Source: Nemertoderma westbladi (Eukaryota; Animalia; Xenacoelomorpha). From it: a stretch of DNA of 49,385 bases. The notes below the pieces were generated by a model that searched no databases, was not told the DNA's origin, and was given only the letters and a program-made list of their open reading frames with translations. Positions within the stretch are counted from its first letter, which is position 1. The number at the start of each line of letters is the position of its first letter. Both the position numbers and the translations under genes were made by a program. Below, in pieces: positions 48,659 to 49,385 of this stretch. The DNA lies in assembly GCA_032718475.1 (NCBI GenBank), contig JAUCBJ010005959.1:1-49385 (forward strand), read 5' to 3'.

Positions 48659-48775
48659 CAGGGACGGATTATGGATTTTCGGGCCCCCGGCAGTCGCAAC
48701 TTACGGGCCCCTACCCCCCCCCCCCCCCCCCCCCCCACGACGAAAACCAATTGCAAAAAATTTTGGTCCCCGTTG
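48659..48775 (+). mobile_element. Possible hAT-like terminus
   Basis: CAGGGACGGATT followed by repeated GGGCCCC subterminal motifs. The partner end is not in the window. Confidence 0.3.
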
Positions 48776-49385
48776 GTACAAATAAGTAACGCTGGTGATA
48801 TTTTTTTCAAATAAAACAATATATTCGATATAAAAACGTAACAGTTGAATAAAAAAAAACAAAAAAAATACATAGTTGAATTTCGCTGCTTGAATATCAG
48901 TTAACAAAGCGGTGATTTCCGCTTACTTTTTTTTTTATCGAATAATAGTCCTTTATTATTTATTATTTAAATAATACTAATCGAATAATAGTCCTTTATT
49001 ATTTAAATAATACTAATTTTTTCCTAAAATTACACCATCCAAAAGATATCAATTCTATATTTAGGAACGAATAATATATTGGTATATCAATAAATTAAAC
49101 ACAAAATTACTTAAAAATAGCAATTTCATAACCTACTGAACTCGTGAATGATTTCAGATAATATTAATTGAAAGGTAAATTAAATGTTAATTGTAATACA
49201 GTAATAGTTTACTATTATTTAAATTTTTTTTTTTTTTTGGTTAATTTTGTTTTTTTGCTAACGTTTTCCTTTAAGCATTACATTACACTTAAAATATTTT
49301 TTTAAAACACTTTAAACATTCTATGGGACACAGTGCTCTGAATGGTGAGGCTATATGTGAGATATACTCTAAATATTTATTGAAC

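Noticed and set aside
48359-48907. Poly-Pro and poly-Gly ORFs
   Set aside because: They are produced by poly-C tracts in otherwise non-coding DNA.

Overview
AT-rich eukaryotic (animal-like) DNA made almost entirely of nested transposable elements. In order: an RTEX-like non-LTR retrotransposon (about 2.7-10.3 kb) with a 54-bp Ser/Thr repeat and a Ulp1-like protease remnant upstream of its RRM ORF1 and APE-RT ORF2; a Penelope-like GIY-YIG fragment with an inverted repeat and a minimal hammerhead-like motif; two BEL/Pao integrase fragments and an LTR; an RTE LINE split in frame by a young 19-kb BEL/Pao LTR retrotransposon (18972-38046, 2.2-kb LTRs); a gag-pro-only BEL/Pao remnant on the minus strand; a palindromic 92-bp tandem array; and a HECT-like pseudogene. 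The 19-kb element is the highlight. It carries an extra ORF after pol that looks like a DEDDy 3'-5' exonuclease plus three CCHC knuckles. It has 12 dispersed, same-orientation copies of a 20-nt hairpin (GGAAGGCTYGCGAGCCTACC), read in all three frames, one with compensatory changes. It has no tRNA-type primer-binding site, but the 11 nt after the 5' LTR are exactly complementary to an 11-mer inside the LTR (possible self-priming). Both LTRs contain a tRNA-like Pol III cassette. All domain calls are by eye from motifs; no searches were run.
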